A stretch of 63,975 nucleotides of DNA, counting the filler, from Acidimicrobiia bacterium (GTDB taxonomy: Bacteria; Actinomycetota; Acidimicrobiia; Spongiisociales; CAZKJJ01): the NCBI GenBank assembly GCA_046759765.1. It is 3 parts of 3 records of this genome, joined end to end, with 100 filler letters (N's around TTAATTAATTAA, not from the genome) between each part and the next. Parts side by side here need not be neighbours in the genome. Positions count along the whole stretch, not along the records: positions 1 to 22,792 come from JBHICV010000024.1; 2 more parts are not named here. One strand, 5' to 3'. Positions 10,450 to 18,750 of this stretch are shown in pieces; position 1 is the stretch's first letter; every line of letters begins with the position of its first letter. Both the position numbers and the translations under genes were made by a program. The notes under the pieces were generated by a model. The model did not search any database. It was given only the letters and a program-made list of their open reading frames with translations, and was not told where the DNA came from.

Positions 10450-11609
10450 TTCCGTCCCTCTCTCACACCGATCCAGGCCTCCTGCCACGATCCGTCGATC
10501 GGAACGTCGACCGTAATGGCGCCGGACCGCTGGAATTCGGCCAGGTCGTCAGGCGCCGCGGCGACGGTCAGTAGAACGGTACGGGTGTAGTCAGACGACA
10601 TCAGCCGGTGGATGTCGAGCAGCTCGCTGTCGGGCCCACCGGTGACGATGACCAGAGCGCCCCCACGACCGGCGCGACGCAATCGGGCCGCACCGGTTCG
10701 GAGATCCGCATCGGGTGTCAGTTGGGCTCCGGCCAGCGCCTCCATGGCCCTTTCATAGGCGCCCGGGTGACGCCCGGGGACCGGATCTCCGCCTGCCCAG
10801 AGGTCGGAGTCGAACCCGAACCCGTGCAGATGATGCACGACTGATGCCGCTCCACGCACGGCTTTCTCGAAGGCGGCCGGGTTTCGGTAGGCCCCGCGGC
10901 GAGGGTCGAGTATCACCAGCGCCCGCGACTCCCATGGTGTCTCCAACTGGCGGATCATCAGCTCATCGAGCTTGGCGGAGGACGGCCAGTGGACCCGCCG
11001 CAGGTCGTCACCGATCTGGTACTCGCGCAGCGTGAAGAAGTCCTCGCCGTCCAGATTGCGAAACTCAGGACGGGTGGCGTGAACTGTGGGATCCTGACCG
11101 CTGACAATCGGGAATCCTTCCAGCTCCTCAAAGGCCGGATAGACGACGAGACGATCCTGACCTCCCAGCGAGATACCCGTCTGGGCGAGAGTCAGTGAAT
11201 CGGTCGTGCGCAACACCGCGGGTCCGACCGGGTAAAGACCGCGTGGGCGGCAAAGGATCTGATAGGTGGCGACGAAGGTCTCCCCCGGACGTAAACGAGC
11301 CGCGGAGAACCGAGCCGATCCGAGCCCGACGACCTCGTCTACCAGTTCGGCGTTCCAAACCGAACGCCGACCGTCGTTAGTGAGGGTGGCGGTGACCGTG
11401 ACCTGGTCTCCTTCGTACACGACTCCAGGATTGAGCCGTCGAGCCAGCCGGAGTGAGGGCCAGTCTCGGCGAACGAACACGAAGGCAACTCCGGTGGCTG
11501 TAAAAAGGAGCACTCCCATCCCGAGCAGCTCGGGTTCTCCGAGAGCGACCCAAAGCACTACGAGGGCGAGGGCCGCACCGAGCGCCGCCCACCCCCGGTC
11601 GGTCAGCAT
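10425..11609 (-). CDS. DUF58 domain protein
   Basis: DFFTLREYQIGDDLRRVHWPSSAK motif; lies between MoxR and the transglutaminase. Confidence 0.92.
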   Translation of the reverse strand: MLTDRGWAALGAALALVVLWVALGEPELLGMGVLLFTATGVAFVFVRRDWPSLRLARRLNPGVVYEGDQVTVTATLTNDGRRSVWNAELVDEVVGLGSARFSAARLRPGETFVATYQILCRPRGLYPVGPAVLRTTDSLTLAQTGISLGGQDRLVVYPAFEELEGFPIVSGQDPTVHATRPEFRNLDGEDFFTLREYQIGDDLRRVHWPSSAKLDELMIRQLETPWESRALVILDPRRGAYRNPAAFEKAVRGAASVVHHLHGFGFDSDLWAGGDPVPGRHPGAYERAMEALAGAQLTPDADLRTGAARLRRAGRGGALVIVTGGPDSELLDIHRLMSSDYTRTVLLTVAAAPDDLAEFQRSGAITVDVPIDGSWQEAWIGVREGRKWVTASPS

Positions 11610-12589
11610 CAGGCCGAGCCCTTGGTCCCCGGTACGCGAAGGTGGCTCAGTATGGAAGAGACCAGTTCGACCATCGACGTGCCACGCATCTGAGCTTCGG
11701 GCCGCAGGGCCATTCGATGCTCCAGCACGGGGACCGCGAGTGTCTTGACGTCGTCGGGCGTCACGTACTCCCGGCCCGACACCGCCGCTCTGACTCGGGC
11801 CACACGCTGCATATACAGGCTCGAGCGCGGAGATGCCCCGAGCATGAGCTCGGGATGACGGCGAGTCGTCTCGACGAGGTCGACGATGTAGCCCTTCACT
11901 GAGGGGGCGACGTGGACTCGACGGGCGACGTCGATCATCTCCAGGACCTCTTCCGCGGTGACGACCGGCTCCAAGTCGTCATAGGTCGATTGGACTCCAT
12001 GCGTGTCGAGAATCTCCAACTCCTTGGCCCGCGTCGGATAGCCGATGACCGTCTTCATCGTGAAACGATCTAGCTGTGCTTCGGGTAGCGGGTAGGTGCC
12101 CTCGTGCTCCAGGGGATTCTGCGTGGCCACCACCATGAAAGGACGATCGAGAACATGGGTCACACCGTCGACCGTGACCTGGAGCTCTTCCATTGCCTCC
12201 AGCGTCGCCGCTTGGGTCTTCGGGCTGGCTCGATTTATCTCGTCCCCGACCACGATGTTGGCGAATATTGCGCCCGCCTTGAACTGAAACTGGGAGGTCT
12301 GGCGGTCCCAAACCGAGACCCCGGTCACGTCCGAAGGGAGCAGGTCAGGGGTGAACTGGATTCTCTGGAAGGTGCAGTCAATGGACCGAGCGAGCGATTT
12401 GGCCAGCAGGGTCTTCCCGACTCCGGGCACATCCTCGATCAAGACGTGGCCCTCACCGATCAGACAGGTGGTTACGAGCTCGACGGCCTCGCGCTTACCT
12501 TGGATAACGCGCTCGATGTTCGAGACGATGGCGCCAAACCGATCGGCCAGCCATCCCACTTGCTCAGGGGCGGCCGTAGTGACCGTCAA
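11609..12589 (-). CDS. moxR: MoxR-family AAA+ ATPase
   Basis: EDVPGVGKT, RIQFTPDLLPSD, DEINRASPKTQ and ATQNPLEHEGTYPLPEAQLDRF; TTG 12589 follows an AGGAGG RBS. Confidence 0.94.
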   Translation of the reverse strand: MTVTTAAPEQVGWLADRFGAIVSNIERVIQGKREAVELVTTCLIGEGHVLIEDVPGVGKTLLAKSLARSIDCTFQRIQFTPDLLPSDVTGVSVWDRQTSQFQFKAGAIFANIVVGDEINRASPKTQAATLEAMEELQVTVDGVTHVLDRPFMVVATQNPLEHEGTYPLPEAQLDRFTMKTVIGYPTRAKELEILDTHGVQSTYDDLEPVVTAEEVLEMIDVARRVHVAPSVKGYIVDLVETTRRHPELMLGASPRSSLYMQRVARVRAAVSGREYVTPDDVKTLAVPVLEHRMALRPEAQMRGTSMVELVSSILSHLRVPGTKGSA

Positions 12590-12664
12590 CCCGGTCCTCC
12601 TGGTCGGGCTGGCCAGCCTATCAGAGACCTCGGCCTGCCTCGGACGCCCGTATAATTCGCGAAA

Positions 12665-12904
12665 ATGCAGGGAGCTCTCGGGCGGGGGACACGGCTTCTT
12701 GGCTCGTGGCCGTTCTGGCGCTACGGCCTTGCGGTCGAGGGTCTGCGAGTTCTGGTTGCGTGGCGTCTGCCGTTCCGGCCGGGCGAGCGCTGGTGGAATT
12801 GGCGAGTCGAGACGGCTTACGGCTCCGCCGGGGCCGAGGTTCCGACCACTGATATGGTCGCCTATCTTCGCTGGAGGCGCAGGCAACGGCGCGCGCGGCC
12901 ATGA
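12665..12904 (+). CDS. Small Trp/Arg-rich hypothetical protein
   Basis: TATAAT at 12651-12656 just upstream; ATGA coupling to the next gene; WRVETAYG...DMVAYLRW segment. Confidence 0.65.
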   Translation: MQGALGRGTRLLGSWPFWRYGLAVEGLRVLVAWRLPFRPGERWWNWRVETAYGSAGAEVPTTDMVAYLRWRRRQRRARP

Positions 12905-13545
12905 GCGACGTCCAGGACGCGCTCAGGGCGGTCGATGGAGTCGCCGACGCCACGGTGGAAGAGGCGCAGGGAGCGCCCATAGGGGTCCGGGTTGAACTCG
13001 AGAATGGAGCGGACGAAGGGGCCGTCGCCACCTCGGTCCAGCGGGTTCTCTCGTCCTATGGTTTGCGGTCCCGCCTGGTACCCCCCCGATCGAGGCTCGA
13101 ACCCGTGGTTCCGCCCCCACCGCCGAAGGTCTCGGAGATACGGCCCGGCGCCACAGAAGCGGCCGAGGAAGAAGCAGATGAGCCCGCGGTGGAGAGCGCT
13201 CCGACGACCGAGGGCGTGGCAGAGATCACGCTGACCCAGCGCCACGACGGTGTTCTGATCGCTATCAGCGACTGGTCGGGAGAGACGGTCGAGCGTCATG
13301 TGGGTCCGCGCGATTCCGCAGTCACGGCGGGGATCGTCGAAGCCACCGCCGAGCTGGCTTCGCCCGATTCACCCCCGCCGGGAATCATCATGGTGGAGTA
13401 CCGAGAGGGCGCGGGCCAAGAGGTCGTGACGGTGGTGTTGGACGTCGGCACGGGTGAGCCGGCCGCCGCGGCGGAAACAGTGACCGCAGGCAGAGAGCTC
13501 GCTTTGGCGAGAGCGACCTGGCGAGCACTGACAGCTGATAGCTGA
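12901..13545 (+). CDS. Hypothetical protein
   Basis: Acidic two-domain ORF with a Pro-rich linker and natural composition. Confidence 0.7.
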   Translation: MSDVQDALRAVDGVADATVEEAQGAPIGVRVELENGADEGAVATSVQRVLSSYGLRSRLVPPRSRLEPVVPPPPPKVSEIRPGATEAAEEEADEPAVESAPTTEGVAEITLTQRHDGVLIAISDWSGETVERHVGPRDSAVTAGIVEATAELASPDSPPPGIIMVEYREGAGQEVVTVVLDVGTGEPAAAAETVTAGRELALARATWRALTADS

Positions 13546-13560
13546 CGGCTGACTGCTGAC
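13528..13560. repeat. Heptamer tandem repeat (CTGAYNG, about 5 copies)
   Basis: ctgacag ctgatag ctgacgg ctgactg ctgac at a convergent gene junction. Confidence 0.75.
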
Positions 13561-14073
13561 TTACGAGGCTTGCTTTCCGGGGGGCGGATTGCGGCGGGCC
13601 GGGATCAGGTGCACGAGGACGTCTGCCGCCTCGTCGGGGGGGCCTTCGTCTTCGCTCGCCTCGAGGAGCTCACGGTACGTTTCAGCCTTGGAGAGCACAT
13701 CACGCACGAACTGCCTCCCAGGATCCGGCGACGGTTCCGATAGCGAGGCCTGCTCGGCGTCGTCGACGACCGCCACCGAGCCACACCTTGCTCGGAGGTC
13801 GGCCAGCATGATCTCCTGGTCGACCTTGTCTGCCGAGAGAGCCGACAGTGACGGGAGAACGACCATATCGGCCTGATCCGAGGCGAGGATTCCCAGCAGG
13901 GCACGATATCCCTCCCGACTGGTGGCGGCCTCCGGCACACGGGGGTCTTGGCACATGGCCACGAGTTGGTACGAGTTGTGCCGCACCCAGCGTCGGATGC
14001 GCTCCGACTGGGCGAAAACCGTGTCGCCCGGCTCCGGTCCGGGCACCTCTCTGGTGTATCCGACCACCCGCAC
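13561..14073 (-). CDS. Resolvase/serine-recombinase-like catalytic-domain protein, active site degenerate
   Basis: VVGYTRE...AQSERIRRW...D...REGYRALL...DMVVL pattern of the resolvase N-domain; catalytic Ser and DRLxR are absent. Confidence 0.7.
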   Translation of the reverse strand: MRVVGYTREVPGPEPGDTVFAQSERIRRWVRHNSYQLVAMCQDPRVPEAATSREGYRALLGILASDQADMVVLPSLSALSADKVDQEIMLADLRARCGSVAVVDDAEQASLSEPSPDPGRQFVRDVLSKAETYRELLEASEDEGPPDEAADVLVHLIPARRNPPPGKQAS

Positions 14074-14186
14074 GTTCGTGCCTCTAGGCGGAGTCTAAGC
14101 AGGCGGCCACTCCTGGTGTCGGACCACCGCCGTCCGTGGTATCGGCTGGTGGACCGCTAGGCTGCCGCCCAAAACAGGAGAGCCGT

Positions 14187-14687
14187 TTGAGGTCACTCGT
14201 CCTGAACGCGACCTACGAGCCGCTGTCGATTGTGAGCGCGCGCCGAGCAGTTGTGCTCGTCATCCGGGAAAAGGCCGAGCTCGTCGAGCCTCACGACCAC
14301 GTCTGGCATGCCGAGAAGCTCTCCGTGCGGGTGCCGTCGGTAGTCCGCCTGCTGCGCTTTATCGGAGTGCCCTACGAGCGTCGGGTGCCACTGACCCGCA
14401 GAGCCGTCTTCGCGAGAGACAAGCACCGATGCCAGTACTGCGACGCCCCGGCCGAGAACCTTGACCATGTCGTGCCCCGGTCGCTGGGCGGGGCGCACGC
14501 GTGGGACAACGTGGTCGCCTGTTGCCGGGTCTGCAACGTTCGCAAGGGCAACCGCGTTCCGTACGAGGTAGGGCTCACGCTGCGAAGAAAGCCCCATGCT
14601 CCGAATAGAGGCAGCTGGCTGTACGCCCACGAGGGCTCTGCGGTAGACCCGCGGTGGGCCAGATATCTCCTCGAGCAGCCGGCCTAG
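14187..14687 (+). CDS. HNH endonuclease (actinobacterial McrA-like family)
   Basis: LVLNATYEPL, RRAVFARDKHRCQYC, DHVVPRSLGGAHAWDNVVACCRVCNVRKG; TTG start after AGGAG. Confidence 0.92.
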   Translation: MRSLVLNATYEPLSIVSARRAVVLVIREKAELVEPHDHVWHAEKLSVRVPSVVRLLRFIGVPYERRVPLTRRAVFARDKHRCQYCDAPAENLDHVVPRSLGGAHAWDNVVACCRVCNVRKGNRVPYEVGLTLRRKPHAPNRGSWLYAHEGSAVDPRWARYLLEQPA

Positions 14688-14700
14688 GCGGGCCGCCGGG

Positions 14701-15807
14701 TCAGGGAGCCGGCGCAGCGACGTCGAACCCCGAAGCTGCTGCGACTTCACCACACACCTCCGCCGGCACTGTGAAGTCGATCAGCTGCTCACCGCTTGTC
14801 TCCAGCCACACGGAGGAGCCGGCAGGCGGGTAGAGCACGACTGTCTGCGGCAGAGCGAACGGCGAGGAGAAACGGCTGTCTCTCGGCAGTGAAAAGCCGA
14901 GCATCCGAAGCGCGGTCACCTGCGGGGGAATGATGCGCGCTTCGGGTCCCAAGCCGCCTAGCGGGTCCTGGGTTTCACCGGCGTCCGACACAAAGGTTTC
15001 CCCAAACCGGAGCCCGCCATTTCGGGCCGAAGCCCCATCGGGCCAGATGGCAATGGCGGCATCCTCTGGATACCGAACGCCGGTCCAGAGGGCGTCCGTG
15101 GTGCCCTCGTTGCGCACTTGCAAGACGAGCCCGTAGACGCCGACGACACGCTCGCTTTCGGCGTTACCGCATACCTCGAGATCATGGCCGAGAGGTGTTG
15201 CGACGAGGTTCTCGCTCCAGGCGATGTCCTGGCCCCAGCGGGCCTCAAGGAGCTGCGCCGGAGGCGTCCACCCCTCGAAGAAGTCGGTTCCGGCGCCAGT
15301 CAGGTTCCAGCTCGCAACCGGCGCGCCGTCCCACACCGCGATGAGTTCCAGGTCCGAAGCAAATGCCGTCGGGATCTGGTATCCGAGGATCCAGCGAGCA
15401 GGCACCGCGGCCGGCTGTGCGACCAAGGTGCTGCCGGCTGCGGTCGACGAGAAGCGGGCCAGATTCAACGGGTGGGTGGTACCGGCCGCGTCACGCAGGA
15501 CCATCTCCGGATAGCCCTGATCGCCGGCCAGCGACGTCGAGTAGTAGATCAGCTCGGACGGGGTGAGATTCTGCAGCGCAACGTCGGCGCGAACCTCCGT
15601 GTAGGCAAAGCGGGTGGCTGATGGCACCGCGAAGCTGCTCTGAACGGCGAGGCTCCAGTCCTGGTGATCGAAGCGTTCCCCTTCGGAGAGGTTTGGAATC
15701 GGCGCTTGCGAGGACTCGGTCTCCTGCCCTAGAAAAGTAGGACGCAGGTCCGGCGAGTGTCCGATCACAGCCGCCAGCGCCACCGAGCCGGCGATGAGCC
15801 ACGTCAT
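14701..15807 (-). CDS. Hypothetical secreted/surface protein
   Basis: Hydrophobic N-terminus WLIAGSVALAAVIG followed by two beta-rich regions; start uncertain (15807, 15828 or 15894). Confidence 0.65.
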   Translation of the reverse strand: MTWLIAGSVALAAVIGHSPDLRPTFLGQETESSQAPIPNLSEGERFDHQDWSLAVQSSFAVPSATRFAYTEVRADVALQNLTPSELIYYSTSLAGDQGYPEMVLRDAAGTTHPLNLARFSSTAAGSTLVAQPAAVPARWILGYQIPTAFASDLELIAVWDGAPVASWNLTGAGTDFFEGWTPPAQLLEARWGQDIAWSENLVATPLGHDLEVCGNAESERVVGVYGLVLQVRNEGTTDALWTGVRYPEDAAIAIWPDGASARNGGLRFGETFVSDAGETQDPLGGLGPEARIIPPQVTALRMLGFSLPRDSRFSSPFALPQTVVLYPPAGSSVWLETSGEQLIDFTVPAEVCGEVAAASGFDVAAPAP

Positions 15808-15859
15808 TACGTGCACGCGCGTCTCCATACGAATCCAGGTTTCGGTTGGGATGTGCGGT

Positions 15860-16597
15860 TCATTGAGGGGTTTGCGGCCACGGGTCGTGGCCAATCCAGT
15901 CTCTGGCCTCGAACTGAGCGCCAGAAGGTTCCTCGCAGGCGGCGTGCGCCAAGCGAAGGAAGATCGGCGTGATGTCGGAGGGGCCGGGCAGCGTATCGGG
16001 ATCTTCTTCTGGCATCGCGGCCGCTCTCATAGGGGTTCGAGTACCGCCCGGGTTCACGGAGTACACCCGGCCTCGGTCACTCCACTCGTCCGCCAGAAGG
16101 GCGAGCCATCCCTCGAGGGCGTACTTCGAGATCGCATACATTCCCCATCCCGCCCGTGCTTGACGGCCGACAGAGCTGGACACCCCAATGACGGTGGGGC
16201 GGTCGGCACGATGGTGGAGCGGCGCGATCTCGACATGCAGGAAGTGGATTACCGAGAGATTGGCTTCGAGCACCTCGTACCAGTCCGAGCTGGGGTACAG
16301 CTCGAGAGGAACACCCGGAGGTCCTAGAAGCCCGGCGGCATGAACTGCAACGTCCAGCGCGTCCACGTCGCCTGAGACCGCCGCGGCAACGGAGGATCTT
16401 CCTTCCGGCTCGGTGAGGTCGGCGACCACGGGTTCGATGTGCCCCGGGTGAGCGCGGCCGGCCGTCTCGGCCAGTGCCTCCGGCCGTCTTCCCACCGACC
16501 ACACCTGCGCCCCTTCCTGCGCGTAAGCCCGGGACAAGGCTCTCCCGATTCCTGACGATCCGCCGGTCACGAGGATTGTGCGGCCATTCAGTTGCAT
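15860..16597 (-). CDS. Short-chain dehydrogenase/reductase (YciK-like)
   Basis: TGGSSGIG, YAISK and SVNPGGTRTPMRAAAMPEEDP motifs. Confidence 0.9.
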   Translation of the reverse strand: MQLNGRTILVTGGSSGIGRALSRAYAQEGAQVWSVGRRPEALAETAGRAHPGHIEPVVADLTEPEGRSSVAAAVSGDVDALDVAVHAAGLLGPPGVPLELYPSSDWYEVLEANLSVIHFLHVEIAPLHHRADRPTVIGVSSSVGRQARAGWGMYAISKYALEGWLALLADEWSDRGRVYSVNPGGTRTPMRAAAMPEEDPDTLPGPSDITPIFLRLAHAACEEPSGAQFEARDWIGHDPWPQTPQ

Positions 16598-16729
16598 GAA
16601 ACCGAACCTACCCCCATCCGTTTTGGTGACGCTTACTCACCTATGCGGTGGATGCCCGTCACGAAAACCTCCCGGCGAGGAGCGAGCCCGGTGGGGGAGG
16701 GGTTGGGGGTTGAGGTTGGTCCAATTGGG

Positions 16730-16776
16730 TTGACATGTGGGGGAAAAGGGTGCATAGTGGCATCCAGTGGAGGACC
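16730..16776 (+). promoter_or_regulatory. dcw promoter with MraZ-type GTGG repeats
   Basis: TTGACA (16730)-N17-CATAGT (16753); GTGG at 16737, 16757 and 16767 on a 10-bp period. Confidence 0.75.
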
Positions 16777-16798
16777 GGATGCGAGGCAGGGCGACGGT

Positions 16799-17230
16799 AT
16801 GTTCCTCGGAGAGCATCAACATACGCTCGATGAGAAGGGCCGAATCGTGCTGCCCGCCAAGCACCGTCAGGGGCTCGCCGACGGTCTGGTCCTCACCAAA
16901 GGCCAAGACAGATGCCTCTACGTCTTTCCGATCGAGCGGTGGAACGAAGAGGTGAGCCGAGTGAACGCACTTCCCCGCACCGACCGTCGCGCACGGAACT
17001 TCGCCCGCGCCTTCTTCGCGGGTGCCGACCGCCAGAACCTCGATAGTCAGGGCCGCATCACCGTTCCTCCGCACCTCCGCGACTACGCAGGACTGGGGCG
17101 CGAGGTCAAGGTGCTGGGTGGAGGTGATCGAGTGGAGCTCTGGGACGTTGGGACTTGGGAGACAGTCCAGCCCGAGGCAGACGAGTACTACGCAGGGATT
17201 GAGGAGGCGCTCAGCGACCACGGCATTTGA
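16799..17230 (+). CDS. mraZ: Division/cell wall cluster repressor MraZ
   Basis: MFLGEHQHTLDEKGRIVLP and DSQGRITVP repeats. Confidence 0.96.
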   Translation: MFLGEHQHTLDEKGRIVLPAKHRQGLADGLVLTKGQDRCLYVFPIERWNEEVSRVNALPRTDRRARNFARAFFAGADRQNLDSQGRITVPPHLRDYAGLGREVKVLGGGDRVELWDVGTWETVQPEADEYYAGIEEALSDHGI

Positions 17231-17262
17231 CAGACAAGCCATATCCCCGCGTCTGGCCTATA

Positions 17263-17339
17263 GCCAGCCCCCGGGTACCAAGTGGAAGGCCCCTTACTCC
17301 GCCCGCTTCCTCTTTGGTGTCAGCGCCCCGGGGGCTGGC
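17263..17339 (+). other. Long intergenic hairpin between mraZ and rsmH (possible mraW-type RNA motif)
   Basis: Perfect 13-bp stem GCCAGCCCCCGGG/CCCGGGGGCTGGC with inner ACCAA/TTGGT and GGAAG/CTTCC pairing. Confidence 0.6.
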
Positions 17340-17340
17340 C

Positions 17341-18273
17341 ATGGGCCAGGCGACGACAGAGCCCCGCTTTCACGTACCGGTGATGACAACTGAGGTGGTG
17401 GAGCTGTTCAGACCCATCTCTCGAGGAGTGATAGTCGACATGACGTACGGAGGAGGCGGACACAGCGCAGAGCTGCTCCGGGAGTTAGAAGACGCGGTGA
17501 GGATCCTGGCCATAGATCGAGATCCGGCCGCCGTTGCCCAGGCCCGTGAGGGAGCTCGGCTTCGGGCTGTGCAGGCGAACTACCGAGAGCTGGAGGAGAC
17601 CTTGGCGCGGGAAGGGATCACGGCGACTCAGGGAGTCTTCTTCGATCTCGGCGTCTCCGCATTCCAGCTGACCTCTGCGGAGCGGGGTTTCTCCTTCCGG
17701 AAGAAGGGCCCACTGGATATGCGGATGGGACCCGACGCGCCGCACACCGCCGACGAGCTCGTCAACGAATGGCCGCAGGATCGACTGGCCGAGATCATTT
17801 TCCGCTACGGCGAGGAGCGATACTCACGTCGGATCGCCCGTGCCATCCTCGCTGCCCGACCGATTACAGACACTCTGGAGCTGGCGGAGGTCATACGCTC
17901 CGCGGTCCCGCCGGGCGCCCGAGGTTCGCCTCAACATCCCGCGCGCCGGACATTTCAAGCAATCCGCATCGCCGTCAACGACGAGCTGCAGGCACTGAAG
18001 CTCGGGCTTGAGGCCGCGATCGCAAGCCTGGAGGTTGGTGGGAGATGCGTCGTCATCTCCTATCACTCCGGGGAGGATCGGCTCACAAAGCAAAGATTCG
18101 CCACCGGCGCGGCCGGATGCGTCTGCCCACCGGAACTGCCCGTGTGCACCTGCGGCAAGAGCATCGAGCTCATACTGCTGACGAGGAAGCCGCTCCGGCC
18201 ATCGCCGTCGGAGGTCACCGCCAATCCGCGGGCCAGGAGCGCCCGCTTACGGGCCGTCGAGAAGGCCGCATGA
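17341..18273 (+). CDS. rsmH: 16S rRNA m4C1402 methyltransferase
   Basis: HVPVM, DMTYGGGGHS, DLGVSAFQL, HPARRTFQAIRIAVNDEL and NPRARSARLR motifs. Confidence 0.96.
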   Translation: MGQATTEPRFHVPVMTTEVVELFRPISRGVIVDMTYGGGGHSAELLRELEDAVRILAIDRDPAAVAQAREGARLRAVQANYRELEETLAREGITATQGVFFDLGVSAFQLTSAERGFSFRKKGPLDMRMGPDAPHTADELVNEWPQDRLAEIIFRYGEERYSRRIARAILAARPITDTLELAEVIRSAVPPGARGSPQHPARRTFQAIRIAVNDELQALKLGLEAAIASLEVGGRCVVISYHSGEDRLTKQRFATGAAGCVCPPELPVCTCGKSIELILLTRKPLRPSPSEVTANPRARSARLRAVEKAA

Positions 18274-18674
18274 CCACTCAGCCCGCTCCGCGCTCCGCGC
18301 AGCTGCCCAACCTCAGGTTGGTTCAGGGGGTCAGGGGCCGTCGTTTCAGGGCGTATACGTGGGTGGCCTTCAGCATCCTGGCCATGGTTGTGTTCTTTGC
18401 GCTCATTGCCGCGCGGACGTCCCTCGACCGAACGGCGTTCGAACTGGCCGAGATCGATCGTCAGATCTCCGAAGAACAAACTCGCTTCGAGGAGCTGAGG
18501 TTGGAGATCGCTCGTCTCTCTTCCCCCAAGCGGATCGCGCCGCTAGCAGAAGCGATGGGCATGGTGCTCCCACAGAAGGTGACGCGGATCAGTGCCTCCG
18601 GCGTCATTCGGTTCGAAGCCGACCGGGAGGAACGCTGGGCCGAGATGAAGCCGATCCTGGCCGGATCGCCGTGA
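18270..18674 (+). CDS. ftsL: Cell division protein FtsL-like
   Basis: Single TM, then coiled coil and LSSPKRIAPLAEAMGMV; sits between rsmH and ftsI. Confidence 0.8.
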   Translation: MTTQPAPRSAQLPNLRLVQGVRGRRFRAYTWVAFSILAMVVFFALIAARTSLDRTAFELAEIDRQISEEQTRFEELRLEIARLSSPKRIAPLAEAMGMVLPQKVTRISASGVIRFEADREERWAEMKPILAGSP

Positions 18675-18750
18675 GGGGAACCCAAACGACAAGGCCAAGC
18701 GCTGGTGGTCTGAGCTCAATCACCATCTTGGTGCCCGCCGAGGCCTGAGC

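Noticed and set aside
14117..14140. TGTCGG as a PafBC-type promoter for the HNH gene
   Set aside because: The required TA-N3-T is not present 10 nt downstream.
14187..14687. HNH gene plus resolvase-like gene as a mobile element or defence island
   Set aside because: No terminal repeats, transposase or methylase; this HNH family is a common chromosomal gene and the recombinase lacks catalytic residues.
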